Shown: positions 1 to 8,958, numbered from the stretch's first letter. The stretch is 64,000 nucleotides of DNA from Nanobdellota archaeon (GCA_020430505.1 JAGQJT010000001.1:7629-71628); one strand, 5' to 3'. The notes: generated by a model from the sequence alone, not told the origin. Numbers and translations: made by a program.

Positions 1-647
1 AATAAAACTTTCTTAAGAGATTTTTCTTTACCCTTCAAAACAAGTTTGACTTGAGATATAGACTGAAAAGACATCAAAGCAAATAAAATAACCCCGAAAG
101 GAAGTAAAATATTCTTTGAATTAAACGTTAAAAGATTAGATAATTGGATCTTCCCTACAAATACTACAAGAATGGCTACCAAAAGAGAAAGGATTATTAT
201 CACGCCCATTTTCTCAAATTTTTTCAATGAATTCAACCCTCCTTTAATTAAAAAGGACATAAAAATTCCAAACAAAACACCAAATAACAATTCATATGAA
301 AAATTTCCAAATGCTAAAAAACTAATACTTCTGCCAATTCCCAACATATATGCAACAAGAGCAGCATAGATTCCAAAAACAGTTGCAAATTCCATTACGT
401 GTTTGCCAGATTTGCCAAGATATTTTTTAGCATAACCAATCAATTGGTGATCTCCTTTTGTCCTAAGCGCAACTTCTCCAAGATATAAATTAACCAAAAG
501 AATAATTCCTCCAATAAAGAACAAATAAACCAAGGCTAAAAAAAAACCAGATTGCGCAGCAACATAGGGGATTCCCAAAACTCCTGCACCTATACAAGTT
601 CCAACTAACACTGAAACTGCTGAATAAAATTTACTATCAAACCCCAT
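1..647 (-). CDS. amino acid permease (Trp/Tyr-permease-like transporter family), C-terminal part outside window
   Basis: Absent from the ORF track because it runs off the window. My reverse translation from CAT 645-647 gives MGFDSKFYSAVSVLVGTCIGAGVLGIPYVAAQSGFFLALVYLFFIGG..., multi-TM with the GAGVLGIP-type motif. Confidence 0.7.
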   Translation of the reverse strand, partial: MGFDSKFYSAVSVLVGTCIGAGVLGIPYVAAQSGFFLALVYLFFIGGIILLVNLYLGEVALRTKGDHQLIGYAKKYLGKSGKHVMEFATVFGIYAALVAYMLGIGRSISFLAFGNFSYELLFGVLFGIFMSFLIKGGLNSLKKFEKMGVIIILSLLVAILVVFVGKIQLSNLLTFNSKNILLPFGVILFALMSFQSISQVKLVLKGKEKSLKKVL

Positions 648-657
648 TTTATTAAAA

Positions 658-729
658 CAGGCCGGGAGGGAATCGAACCCCCATCATCAGGGCCGAAACC
701 TGATGTCCTATCCGTTGAACGACCGGCCT
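658..729 (-). tRNA. tRNA-Arg (anticodon UCG)
   Basis: Manual cloverleaf: acceptor AGGCCGG/CCGGCCT, D stem GTTC/GGAC, anticodon stem TCAGG/CCTGA, loop TTTCGGC, T arm GGGGG-TTCGATT-CCCTC. Ends +/-2 nt. Confidence 0.85.
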
Positions 730-750
730 AATACAGACAAATTAAAACAA

Positions 751-758
751 TTTATATA
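751..758. promoter_or_regulatory. TATA-like box (TTTATATA) 22 nt upstream of tRNA-Arg(UCG); possibly bidirectional with the protease gene
   Basis: AT palindrome-like TATA at the spacing seen for the other tRNAs here. The only candidate promoter between the divergent tRNA and protease genes. Confidence 0.4.
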
Positions 759-786
759 CTTTAAGATTTTTTCTATAAAAAAGAGA

Positions 787-1638
787 ATGGAATTGAGAAG
801 GCATCACAAAATACTCCTCGGAAGTTTTAGTTCTTTAGTAGTAATATTTATGATAGTTGTAGCAATTTTGCTCAATGGAATAATCTTAAATCAAAGACTA
901 CATTACAAAAATTTAAACGATAAAATAGAAGAATACCAAGCTTCAACATCAAATAAAATAAGTTATCTTTCAGAAAATGTGATTGAAACAAAAGCATCTC
1001 TAACAAATTTGGATGAATCTTTCACATCAGAATTAAATAATTTAAAAGTTTCTGTCACAGAAGATTTTTCTTCAATAATAGAAAATTCAATAAAGTCTGT
1101 GGTAACAATCAGAACTGACATTGGTCAAGGAACAGGATTTGTGGTAGAAGAGAATGGATACGTGATTACAAATGCACATGTGCTAACAGGGGGAAAATTT
1201 ATACAAGCCATAACTTATGAGCAAGAAACAAAAGATGCACAACTTATAGGGCATAATGAAGAATTTGATTTGGCATTGTTAAAGATTTCCGGGAAATACG
1301 CTCCCCTAATTTTAGAAGAAATAGAAAATGTTCAGATAGGAGAAAAAGTAATTGCAATTGGAAACCCTCTAGGGTTACAGTTTTCAGTAACTGAAGGAAT
1401 AATTTCAGGAGTCCATAGAAGAGGAATAAATGGTGCTGAAACATATATCCAAACAGATGCGGCCTTAAATCCCGGAAATTCTGGAGGCCCTTTAATTGAC
1501 AAATCTGGAAACATAGTGGGTTTGAATAATTTCAAGATAAGTGATGGTGAAAGTATCGGATTTGCACTTGAATCAGACAAATTAAAAGAAGTAATAAACG
1601 AAATTTCAAAAGAAAATTTTGGTCAAACCTTAATTTAA
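787..1638 (+). CDS. membrane-anchored trypsin-like serine protease (HtrA/DegP-like S1C, no PDZ seen)
   Basis: ORF 703-1638 trimmed to ATG 787 because the upstream part overlaps the tRNA. N-terminal TM segment. Triad contexts TNAHV, DLALLKI, GNSGGPL. Confidence 0.8.
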   Translation: MELRRHHKILLGSFSSLVVIFMIVVAILLNGIILNQRLHYKNLNDKIEEYQASTSNKISYLSENVIETKASLTNLDESFTSELNNLKVSVTEDFSSIIENSIKSVVTIRTDIGQGTGFVVEENGYVITNAHVLTGGKFIQAITYEQETKDAQLIGHNEEFDLALLKISGKYAPLILEEIENVQIGEKVIAIGNPLGLQFSVTEGIISGVHRRGINGAETYIQTDAALNPGNSGGPLIDKSGNIVGLNNFKISDGESIGFALESDKLKEVINEISKENFGQTLI

Positions 1639-1663
1639 TAAACCCTTTCTTCTTTAAATTTTA

Positions 1664-3103
1664 ATGAAAGATAATAAAGGAATAATTGCAAAAAAGGAAG
1701 AAAATATTTCTGATTGGTATGAACAAGTTTGCTTAAAATCTAACTTAGTTGAATTTGCTGTTGTCAAAGGGACAATGGTAATAAAACCAAAAGGTTATGC
1801 AATCTGGGAAAAAATTCAAGATTATTTCAATGAGAAAATAAACAAACCTTTGGGAGTTGAAAATGCATATTTCCCACTATTCATTCCAGAATCTTTTTTT
1901 AAAAAAGAAGCAGAACATGCGGAAGGATTTTCGCCAGAGGTGGCATGGTTAGACAAATCTCTAACAAAAGAAGGAGAAAGATTAGCAATCAGACCGACAA
2001 GCGAGACAATAATGTATGACTCTTATTCTAAGTGGATTAGATCTTACAGAGATTTACCTTTAAAAATGAACCAATGGTGTAACATTGTCAGGTGGGAAAC
2101 AAATACTACAAAATTATTCTTAAGATCAAGGGAGTTCTTATGGCAAGAAGGACATTGCGTTTATGAAACAGAAAAGGAATGTGAAAAAGATACTCTAAAA
2201 GTAATTGAAAGTTACAAAAAATTAGTTGAAGATTTACTAGCAATACCTGTTCTAATTGGAAGAAAAACAGAAAAAGAAAAATTTGCAGGAGCAAAACACA
2301 CTTATTCAATAGAAGCGTTCATGCCCGATGGGAAAGCGTTACAATGTGGAACCTCTCATAACCTTGGGCAAGGATTTGCAAAATCATTTGGAATATCATT
2401 CTTAGGAAGAGATGAGAAAAAGCATCTACCGTGGCAAAATTCTTGGGGAATTTCAACAAGATTAATAGGAGGAATGGTAATGACACACTCAGATGATAAA
2501 GGATTAGTTCTTCCTCCAAAAGTTGCAAAAAACAAAGTAGTAATAATCCCAATTTTATTCGAGAATACCAAAGAGAAAGTTCTTAAAAAATCCAAAGAAA
2601 TATTCAAAACATTAAAAAGTTTCAATCCAATTTTAGATGATTCAGAAGAATACTCCCCAGGTTATAAATTTTCGGAATATGAGTTGCAAGGAATACCAAT
2701 AAGAATAGAAATTGGGCCAAAAGATTTGGAAAAAAATGAAGTCGTCATTGTAAGAAGGGATACAAAAGAAAAAACAATCTCAAAAGTAAAAAACACAAAA
2801 AATACCCTCACAAAGATATTAAAAAAAATGCAAGAGGATTTATTCAAAAGAGCAAAAGAAGAAATGTACTCGAAAATTGTTGAAGCAAAAAACTTTAAAG
2901 AATTCGAAAAAGCTGTAAAAGACAAAAAGATAATTTATCTTAATTGGTGCAATGAAAAATCTTGTGAAGAGGACATTAAAGAAAAAACAGGGGCAAGTTC
3001 AAGATGCATTCCTCTTGGTTCAGAAAAACAGAAAGTTGATGGAAATTGTCCTATGTGTGGAAAACCTGCCAAAGTAAAGATATACTTTAGTAAGTCATAT
3101 TAA
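1664..3103 (+). CDS. proS: prolyl-tRNA synthetase, archaeal/eukaryal type
   Basis: 479 aa. Class II motifs AIRPTSET, FLRSREFLWQEGH, LQCGTSHNLGQGFAK. C-terminal zinc-type Cys cluster and terminal Tyr. Confidence 0.92.
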   Translation: MKDNKGIIAKKEENISDWYEQVCLKSNLVEFAVVKGTMVIKPKGYAIWEKIQDYFNEKINKPLGVENAYFPLFIPESFFKKEAEHAEGFSPEVAWLDKSLTKEGERLAIRPTSETIMYDSYSKWIRSYRDLPLKMNQWCNIVRWETNTTKLFLRSREFLWQEGHCVYETEKECEKDTLKVIESYKKLVEDLLAIPVLIGRKTEKEKFAGAKHTYSIEAFMPDGKALQCGTSHNLGQGFAKSFGISFLGRDEKKHLPWQNSWGISTRLIGGMVMTHSDDKGLVLPPKVAKNKVVIIPILFENTKEKVLKKSKEIFKTLKSFNPILDDSEEYSPGYKFSEYELQGIPIRIEIGPKDLEKNEVVIVRRDTKEKTISKVKNTKNTLTKILKKMQEDLFKRAKEEMYSKIVEAKNFKEFEKAVKDKKIIYLNWCNEKSCEEDIKEKTGASSRCIPLGSEKQKVDGNCPMCGKPAKVKIYFSKSY

Positions 3104-3458
3104 ATATTAACAAATACCTCTAAGAAAGATTAATTCCAATTTGAATTAATTCTCGTAGCTAACTAAAGAATTGAGCTCATCTTCCCATTTGAAAGTTTTC
3201 TCTAATAGAAAACTCAATTCCTTCTCGAGTTCTTTTTTTTCCATCTTGTTTTTGTCCATTTTTTAAACAAATTCAAGTCAGAAACCTCTAAAGACCTCGA
3301 ACTGATTTTTCGGAGAAATATTCCTTAATTCAATTCGAGACCCAAGAGGAAACCGAACTGAATTAACGTTTTGATACGATAATAGCCACTATATTAAACT
3401 TACAATACGTTGGTCTAAATGTAGCTTTCATACCAATAATTAGAAGTGTAACTAATAT

Positions 3459-4502
3459 TTAAGGTTTTTGTTTATCAAAAACTTCTTTAAGCTTATCATG
3501 GAAAGGATCTAAATCTTTTGTGTTCATTTGCAAACCAATTGCGTCATCATGACCTCCTCCTCCAGCATCATCAAATTCCTCTATAATTTTTAGAAATTTT
3601 TCTTTAATATTTTTTCCTCTAACCGATATTGAAGAACGATCTCCTTTAATACGGCAAACAACACTTATTTTTTTGGGGTGATTATAAGACAATCTGTTTG
3701 CCAAATCTGCACTCATACTCATCTCTCCAGCATACTTGAAAAATAGAACATTGCTATCTGTTAAATGAGATTTTGCCTTATCGTATAAATCATCTAATTT
3801 CGATTTTAAATCATTAGATCTTTTGTAAAAAACCTGGTTTTCCTTTGACTCTTCCAAAACTTCATGAGGACTTTTCACTTTTATCAAAAATCTTATCATA
3901 GCCATAACATTCGTAGTTTTATCTTTCAAACCATTTCCCAAAATTTGTGCAATCTTTCCAATATCAGAGTTATATAAAATTTCAAAAGCCTTCTCAGACT
4001 TAATTCCTAACTCGGGATACTCTTTTAAAAAATCATCATAAAAATCTGGAACAAATTTGTCGGCAATGCAACCAACAACCCCCAACCAAGAAGATTTTTC
4101 CCTAGAAACTTGATAGCATAAAGCTGTTACAGGCTCACTAGTTTTTTCTTTATTTAAAAGAGGATTATAATAACTCACAAAACCAGGAATTTTTTCTCCA
4201 TACTCATGATGGTCTATCCAAACAACTGGAAGATTAATTTTTTCAACTTCCTCAAAAAATTCTTTTGAAACGACTGGTTGATCTAAAATAAAAATATAAT
4301 CTGGTTCAAATTCATTAACTCTTCTAAAATACTCTTTCCCCATAGGAGTATTTTTTACAGGAACTCCTTTCCCTTTTTCAAAGGATCTTCTAAGCAACAA
4401 AAAACTACAAAGCCCATCTTGATCGTTATCAAAGAAAAAAAGGGGATTCTGAGCTTTATCCAAATGTTCTCTAATTTCTTCTACTTGTTTTTCTGTTAAC
4501 AT
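3459..4502 (-). CDS. DHH/DHHA1 family phosphoesterase (RecJ/NrnA-like)
   Basis: 347 aa. Motifs FFDNDQDGLCS, VWIDHH, GGGHDDAIG. Confidence 0.75.
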   Translation of the reverse strand: MLTEKQVEEIREHLDKAQNPLFFFDNDQDGLCSFLLLRRSFEKGKGVPVKNTPMGKEYFRRVNEFEPDYIFILDQPVVSKEFFEEVEKINLPVVWIDHHEYGEKIPGFVSYYNPLLNKEKTSEPVTALCYQVSREKSSWLGVVGCIADKFVPDFYDDFLKEYPELGIKSEKAFEILYNSDIGKIAQILGNGLKDKTTNVMAMIRFLIKVKSPHEVLEESKENQVFYKRSNDLKSKLDDLYDKAKSHLTDSNVLFFKYAGEMSMSADLANRLSYNHPKKISVVCRIKGDRSSISVRGKNIKEKFLKIIEEFDDAGGGGHDDAIGLQMNTKDLDPFHDKLKEVFDKQKP

Positions 4503-4536
4503 AATAAAAAAAGCTGAACCATTTATTTAAAGGTTG

Positions 4537-5520
4537 TTAAGATTTCAAAAAAGTCTTAGCGACAATTAACGGAAAAACCAAACTAGCTTCAGAGTAAATT
4601 TTTACCTTTTTAGCACTTGGGAGAATTTTCCCCCAAGAAACGGCCTCTTCAGGTAAAGCCCCTGAATCAGAACCATCAAATTCTGGATTTGAATTTATAT
4701 ACACTGCATAATTAGCGCCATTTCTGAACATATTTGCATTGCATATGTGATGTTTTATAACCCCCGCCCCCAAAAGAATTATCCCAGTTTTCTCTGGACT
4801 TAAAGTAGAATTATTCAAGGTCCAAATATCTTCAGCAATATCGACCTTAAAATCTTCGTGTTGAGATTTGAAAAAATAAATCATATCTCCCAAACTTCCA
4901 TCAGTGAGTGCAGGACAATAAACAGGAATTTTATTTTTCCATGACCAATAATAAATACTTTTTTCATCATTTATTTTTTCTCCCAGCTTCCAAATAAGTT
5001 CGCTTGGAGTAACAACTTTCCCTGTTTCTTTTTGCCTTTCATAAAATTCCTTCAAAATAGGCATAATAAAATCTTCAAACTTACAATATCTGGAATTTGG
5101 AACATAGATATTTCCAGCACGATTAATTCCTTTTTCTCTCAGCTCAGAGCCAATAGCTCTAAAGTCCCCTAGCTTAAAATCCCCCAAACACTTTATTATA
5201 TCTTCTTCAATTCCTCCTGCTGTTGTGACCAAAACATTCACTTTTTTATGCTCTGCCAAGTGCCTTATCACATCTCTTAAACCAGAAGTCACAATATTTG
5301 AAGAATAACCAAGATAAATAAAAGCCTTTTCTGAGATCATTTCATTTATAATTTCAATGCCTTCATACATTTTTGATGCTTGAATTCCCGTAGATTTGTA
5401 ACTATCGAGAATTTTATCATAATCTACTCCTTTATTAAAATCATAACCTTCAATAGAAAGACCCTCCGCCTCTTCAGATTCCCGCAATATATTTTCTCTA
5501 GCGACATTTTTATTATTCAT
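4537..5520 (-). CDS. dys: deoxyhypusine synthase
   Basis: 327 aa. Collinear with the DHS family: GYDFNKGVDY..., TTAGGIEEDIIK, GAGVIKHH, SGALPEEAVSWGK. Confidence 0.9.
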   Translation of the reverse strand: MNNKNVARENILRESEEAEGLSIEGYDFNKGVDYDKILDSYKSTGIQASKMYEGIEIINEMISEKAFIYLGYSSNIVTSGLRDVIRHLAEHKKVNVLVTTAGGIEEDIIKCLGDFKLGDFRAIGSELREKGINRAGNIYVPNSRYCKFEDFIMPILKEFYERQKETGKVVTPSELIWKLGEKINDEKSIYYWSWKNKIPVYCPALTDGSLGDMIYFFKSQHEDFKVDIAEDIWTLNNSTLSPEKTGIILLGAGVIKHHICNANMFRNGANYAVYINSNPEFDGSDSGALPEEAVSWGKILPSAKKVKIYSEASLVFPLIVAKTFLKS

Positions 5521-5607
5521 GAAAATACCAAAAAACGGGCATTTTTAAGTTTAACCAATTAAGTAAATCACAACAATCTTTTTAAAATAAAAAATTCTAA
5601 GGGAAAC

Positions 5608-5799
5608 ATGAACAAAGCACTAAAAATCTTACTAGGATTAATATTAGTAATTGTTCCCTTGTACTTAATTTTTCCAGGAAATGCCTTAGCATCTTGGGGA
5701 ATAGCTGCATTAAGCCTAATAAAAGGCGGAATAACAATTTTAGTTATTCTGATAGGGATAGTTCTAATTGTAATGGGAATAGATGAATTAAAAAAATAG
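5608..5799 (+). CDS. small two-TM membrane protein
   Basis: 63-aa ORF with two hydrophobic helices in its own intergenic slot. Confidence 0.5.
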   Translation: MNKALKILLGLILVIVPLYLIFPGNALASWGIAALSLIKGGITILVILIGIVLIVMGIDELKK

Positions 5800-6390
5800 T
5801 TAAAAAAAAGATATAAGAATTCCTTCTATTATTGCTGCTATGAAGAGTAAAGGCAAAACTATTAATAGAAAGACCCTCAAAGAGTTTTTTAAATTTTCTT
5901 TAAACATTTTAGAGGAATCTTTCCTAAAAATTTCAAAACCTAATTTAACTCCCATCCCCAATGAAATAAAAACTGCAGTTAATTCAAATATTCCGTGTGG
6001 AATCAATCTCCACAAAACAAACAGTCCTTCTTGAGAAGAAGACATCAACGAAACAAAACCGAGAATATAGCCATTTCCAGCAGAACTAATTATAGGAAAG
6101 ATTCCAAAGAAGATTCCAAAGAAGATTCCAAAAAAACTACTTTTAAGATTATTTAAAAAAATAAAAGAAGTAATATCAAGAAAACCAAATCCAGAAGTTT
6201 TGCTTAAGAGTTCTTGCAAATAGTTCAAAATTTTAGAAGAAACAATCTCAGGAGGAGAAACAAAGAAACCTAGAATAGCAAAAAGAATAAAAATAACTAT
6301 CATAGAATAAATATAATTCTTAGACTCTCCAAGGTAATCCCAAGAAAAGAGGTAATTTTCTTTCAATGAAAATTTCTTTTTCTTTTTCAT
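5800..6390 (-). CDS. SpoIIM-like (DUF95) integral membrane protein
   Basis: 196 aa, multi-TM, with PHGIFELTAVFISLGMG typical of the stage II sporulation M-like family. Confidence 0.7.
   Translation of the reverse strand: MKKKKKFSLKENYLFSWDYLGESKNYIYSMIVIFILFAILGFFVSPPEIVSSKILNYLQELLSKTSGFGFLDITSFIFLNNLKSSFFGIFFGIFFGIFPIISSAGNGYILGFVSLMSSSQEGLFVLWRLIPHGIFELTAVFISLGMGVKLGFEIFRKDSSKMFKENLKNSLRVFLLIVLPLLFIAAIIEGILISFF
6100..6135. repeat. 12-nt x3 tandem repeat (gattccaaagaa) inside the SpoIIM-like gene
   Basis: Read directly. Encodes FGIFFGIFFGIF on the minus strand. Confidence 0.9.
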
Positions 6391-7050
6391 TTAACTAAAC
6401 CTCCTTGAGATATATTTCGTTTTCTTAGGAAATTTTCTTTTCAAATAAAATCCGTAGATTAATCCTGCAATTAACCCCCCTAAATGAGCAGTATTTCCAA
6501 TTCCCAGATGCCCTACTATCGAAACTAACCATAAAACTATAAGCATCCCAGGGGCAGCATATTTCATCTTAATTGGAATTGGAATAAACATCATGTAAAC
6601 CTTTAGATTAGGAGTTAAAATCATCAACAAACCAATAAGGCCAAACAAGGCTCCAGATGCTCCTACTGCAGGAACACTCAGTGTCAAATTTCCAGACAAA
6701 AGGTAAAACCCCACATAGATAAAACCGGCAAATATTCCAGAAAAAAGATAAAACCAGAGGTATCTTTTTCTCCCAAGAAGTTGTTCAATTAAACTTCCAA
6801 CAAAAAACAATGAAAGCATATTTACAAACAAATGAAAAAAACCTGCATGCATAAACATACTGGAAACAAAAGTCCAAAGAAATTTTCCCTTAAGAATATA
6901 AAAAGGGTCTAATGCGATAAACTTCCCTATAAATTCTCCAGAAAAAAATAGCATCACGATAAAAAACAAAACATTAAGAACAATCAAATTTGTTGTTAAA
7001 CTTAGACGCTTAAAAATACTCTTTTTTTCTGAAATTTTGTGAAAGTTCAT
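6391..7050 (-). CDS. rhomboid family intramembrane serine protease
   Basis: 219 aa, multi-TM. Catalytic contexts GASGALFGLIG and AHLGGLIAGL. Directly abuts the SpoIIM-like gene. Confidence 0.85.
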   Translation of the reverse strand: MNFHKISEKKSIFKRLSLTTNLIVLNVLFFIVMLFFSGEFIGKFIALDPFYILKGKFLWTFVSSMFMHAGFFHLFVNMLSLFFVGSLIEQLLGRKRYLWFYLFSGIFAGFIYVGFYLLSGNLTLSVPAVGASGALFGLIGLLMILTPNLKVYMMFIPIPIKMKYAAPGMLIVLWLVSIVGHLGIGNTAHLGGLIAGLIYGFYLKRKFPKKTKYISRRFS

Positions 7051-7078
7051 ATTTGAAATAAAAGAAAATCATTTATAA

Positions 7079-7855
7079 TTATTTCTTCTTTGTAGTTTTC
7101 TTTTTAGAAGTCTTCTTCTTAACAGTTTTCTTTTTTACAGTTTTTTTCTTAGGAGTTTTCTTCTTTGTAGTTTTCTTTTTAGAAGTCTTCTTCTTAACAG
7201 TTTTCTTTTTTACAGTTTTTTCGGAAGCTTTCTTTTTAACCCTTCTTGCAATCTTTGCAGCTTCTTTCTTCTTTTCTTTTTCTTTTTCTGCCTTTTTTAT
7301 TTCTTTTAATTTAATCTTTTCTAAAGAGATTTTTTCTTTTTCAATTTCCACATCTATTGCATCCATTTTTTCTTTTATTTTTGAAAGATTCCTTTCCAAA
7401 TCTTTTATTACTTTAGAACTATCTTTTACAGTTAACAAATCCCCACACTCTTCACAAGCAAAATCTTTTGCTAAAGCTTCTTCTTCTTCCATTTCAATAT
7501 TGCATCTTTCACAAACATAAAATCTTTTTTCGTTTCTTTCCCTTATCTCCTGAGTCAATTCATCAAATTTTTTAGAATAAATTTCTCTAAGAAATTCAAG
7601 ACACTTTAAAATTTCAAATTTCCAAAAGTAGGTATACCATCCCTTTTTTTTATCTTTCTTCCTGATGGATGAAACCAAACCAAAATTAGAGATTTTGTAA
7701 AGAATATTCCTAGTTTGATTTATAGTAACATCCAATTTTTTTGCAATTATAAATTCATTTACATGTGAACCAGAATTAAGAAGGTCTGCAATTGGCTCTG
7801 CTTGCTTACCGACAACAATTGTAACTATTTCTCTTAATAGATTATCTAACATCAC
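7079..7855 (-). CDS. tfe: transcription factor E (TFE-alpha) with a ~90-aa lysine-rich KKKT-repeat C-terminal tail
   Basis: Winged-helix segment NQTRNILYKISNFGLVSSIRKKDKKKGWYTYFWKFE. Zn ribbon CERC...CEEC. The tail KKKTVKKKTSKKKTTKKKTPKKK is not part of canonical TFE. Confidence 0.85.
   Translation of the reverse strand: MMLDNLLREIVTIVVGKQAEPIADLLNSGSHVNEFIIAKKLDVTINQTRNILYKISNFGLVSSIRKKDKKKGWYTYFWKFEILKCLEFLREIYSKKFDELTQEIRERNEKRFYVCERCNIEMEEEEALAKDFACEECGDLLTVKDSSKVIKDLERNLSKIKEKMDAIDVEIEKEKISLEKIKLKEIKKAEKEKEKKKEAAKIARRVKKKASEKTVKKKTVKKKTSKKKTTKKKTPKKKTVKKKTVKKKTSKKKTTKKK
7083..7221. repeat. 75-bp tandem duplication inside the tfe lysine-rich tail
   Basis: The copy starting at 7083 and the copy starting at 7158 are identical for at least 63 nt (ttcttctttgtagttttctttttagaagtcttcttcttaacagttttcttttttacagttttt). 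Confidence 0.9.
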
Positions 7856-7967
7856 AATATTAAAAAGACCATAAATAAATACCTTTCGGTCAACAAAAAA
7901 ACAAAAGTAAAAGATAAAAGTTTTTAAACTTATTTTGTATAATATATTTAAGAAAATATATATTAAA

Positions 7968-8561
7968 ATGGGACTGTTTAATAAAAAGAGTAAAAAAGAG
8001 GAAGAAAAACTTCCAGAATTACCCGATCTCCCCGAACTTCCTAAACTTCCAGAGTTGTCTAATTTTAGAGAACCCCATAATCAATTACCCAGATTTCCAA
8101 ATAGTTCATTAGGAAATAAATTTTCTCAAGACACAATCAAAGAAGCCGTATCTGGGAAAAAAGAGAGTGACTCAGAGGGATTTGCAGATGAATTTGATTC
8201 TTTTGATGAAGATGAGATGATGCAGGAACCTCTGGAAAGATCCCCAAAAATAAGGGAAATTGGAGAGGATTATGAAATCCCAGAAGAGAGACCCCTCAAA
8301 AAAATGAAATCTCTTCAAGAAAATTCAAAAAAAATGAAATCCGAAATGGAGCCATTATTCATAAGATTAGATAAATTTGAAGAAACCCAAGATGCCTTAG
8401 ATGAGATAAAGAAACAAATGGAAGACATCGGAAAACTACTAGACAAAACAAAAGAGTTAAAGGCCGAGGAAGAAGATAAATTAAAAACATGGGAATCAGA
8501 ATTGCATGAGGTAAAAAAGAAGATAGAGCACATCGACCACGGACTTTTTTCTAAACTATAA
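7968..8561 (+). CDS. hypothetical acidic coiled-coil protein with N-terminal (L/K/D)PEL proline repeat
   Basis: The ORF track start at 7935 is TTG, so I prefer ATG 7968 (MGLFNKK...). LPELPDLPELPKLPEL at 8010-8057. C-terminal PLFIRLDKFEE...coiled coil...IDHGLF. Confidence 0.6.
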   Translation: MGLFNKKSKKEEEKLPELPDLPELPKLPELSNFREPHNQLPRFPNSSLGNKFSQDTIKEAVSGKKESDSEGFADEFDSFDEDEMMQEPLERSPKIREIGEDYEIPEERPLKKMKSLQENSKKMKSEMEPLFIRLDKFEETQDALDEIKKQMEDIGKLLDKTKELKAEEEDKLKTWESELHEVKKKIEHIDHGLFSKL

Positions 8562-8562
8562 A

Positions 8563-8934
8563 ATGGACGATAAAACATTAATGCATGTAAAGGTTGACTA
8601 TAGAGAAGGAATTCAAGGAAAAAAAGAATTGTTGGGCATGGAACTAGCTGTATTAAAAATGCTTGAAGCCTTGAAAGAATATCACTCCTTAAGAATTGAA
8701 GAATTAAAAACAAAGATGAGCATAAACACAAAAATTAGAAAAGTAAATGCCCAAATAAACGTTTTAAAAAAAGTGATTCCTGATGTTAAGGTTCCAAAAA
8801 AATATAAAGAACCTTCCGTTAAAAAAATTATTGAAAGAAAAGAAAAACCTGTGAAAAAAACGTATTCCACTGCTCTTGAAAGAGAACTCCAAGAGATACA
8901 AGAAAAATTAAGAGTCATAGACCAAAAGTTTTAA
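8563..8934 (+). CDS. hypothetical coiled-coil protein, coupled to the preceding gene
   Basis: 123-aa ORF starting 1 nt after the preceding stop. Heptad-rich and basic at the C-terminus. Confidence 0.55.
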   Translation: MDDKTLMHVKVDYREGIQGKKELLGMELAVLKMLEALKEYHSLRIEELKTKMSINTKIRKVNAQINVLKKVIPDVKVPKKYKEPSVKKIIERKEKPVKKTYSTALERELQEIQEKLRVIDQKF

Positions 8935-8958
8935 AATTTATCTCGAGTTCTGTCTTTA

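Noticed and set aside
172-369. 65-aa plus-strand ORF
   Set aside because: It lies antisense inside the permease gene and has low-complexity N/P/I-rich composition.
658-729. A1-U72 acceptor end suggesting an initiator tRNA
   Set aside because: The anticodon is UCG (Arg) and the anticodon stem lacks the three G-C pairs of initiators. tRNA-Gln here also has A1-U72.
703-786. N-terminal extension of the protease ORF (MSYPLNDRPNTDKLKQ...)
   Set aside because: It is antisense to tRNA-Arg(UCG) and the shared promoter region. The downstream ATG at 787, followed by a TM helix, is the credible start.
3260-3458. C/D-box or H/ACA guide RNA in the long proS-DHH gap
   Set aside because: CUGA motifs are present, but there is no RUGAUGA C box at the right distance and no ACA box after the hairpin. 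It is reported only as an unexplained gap.
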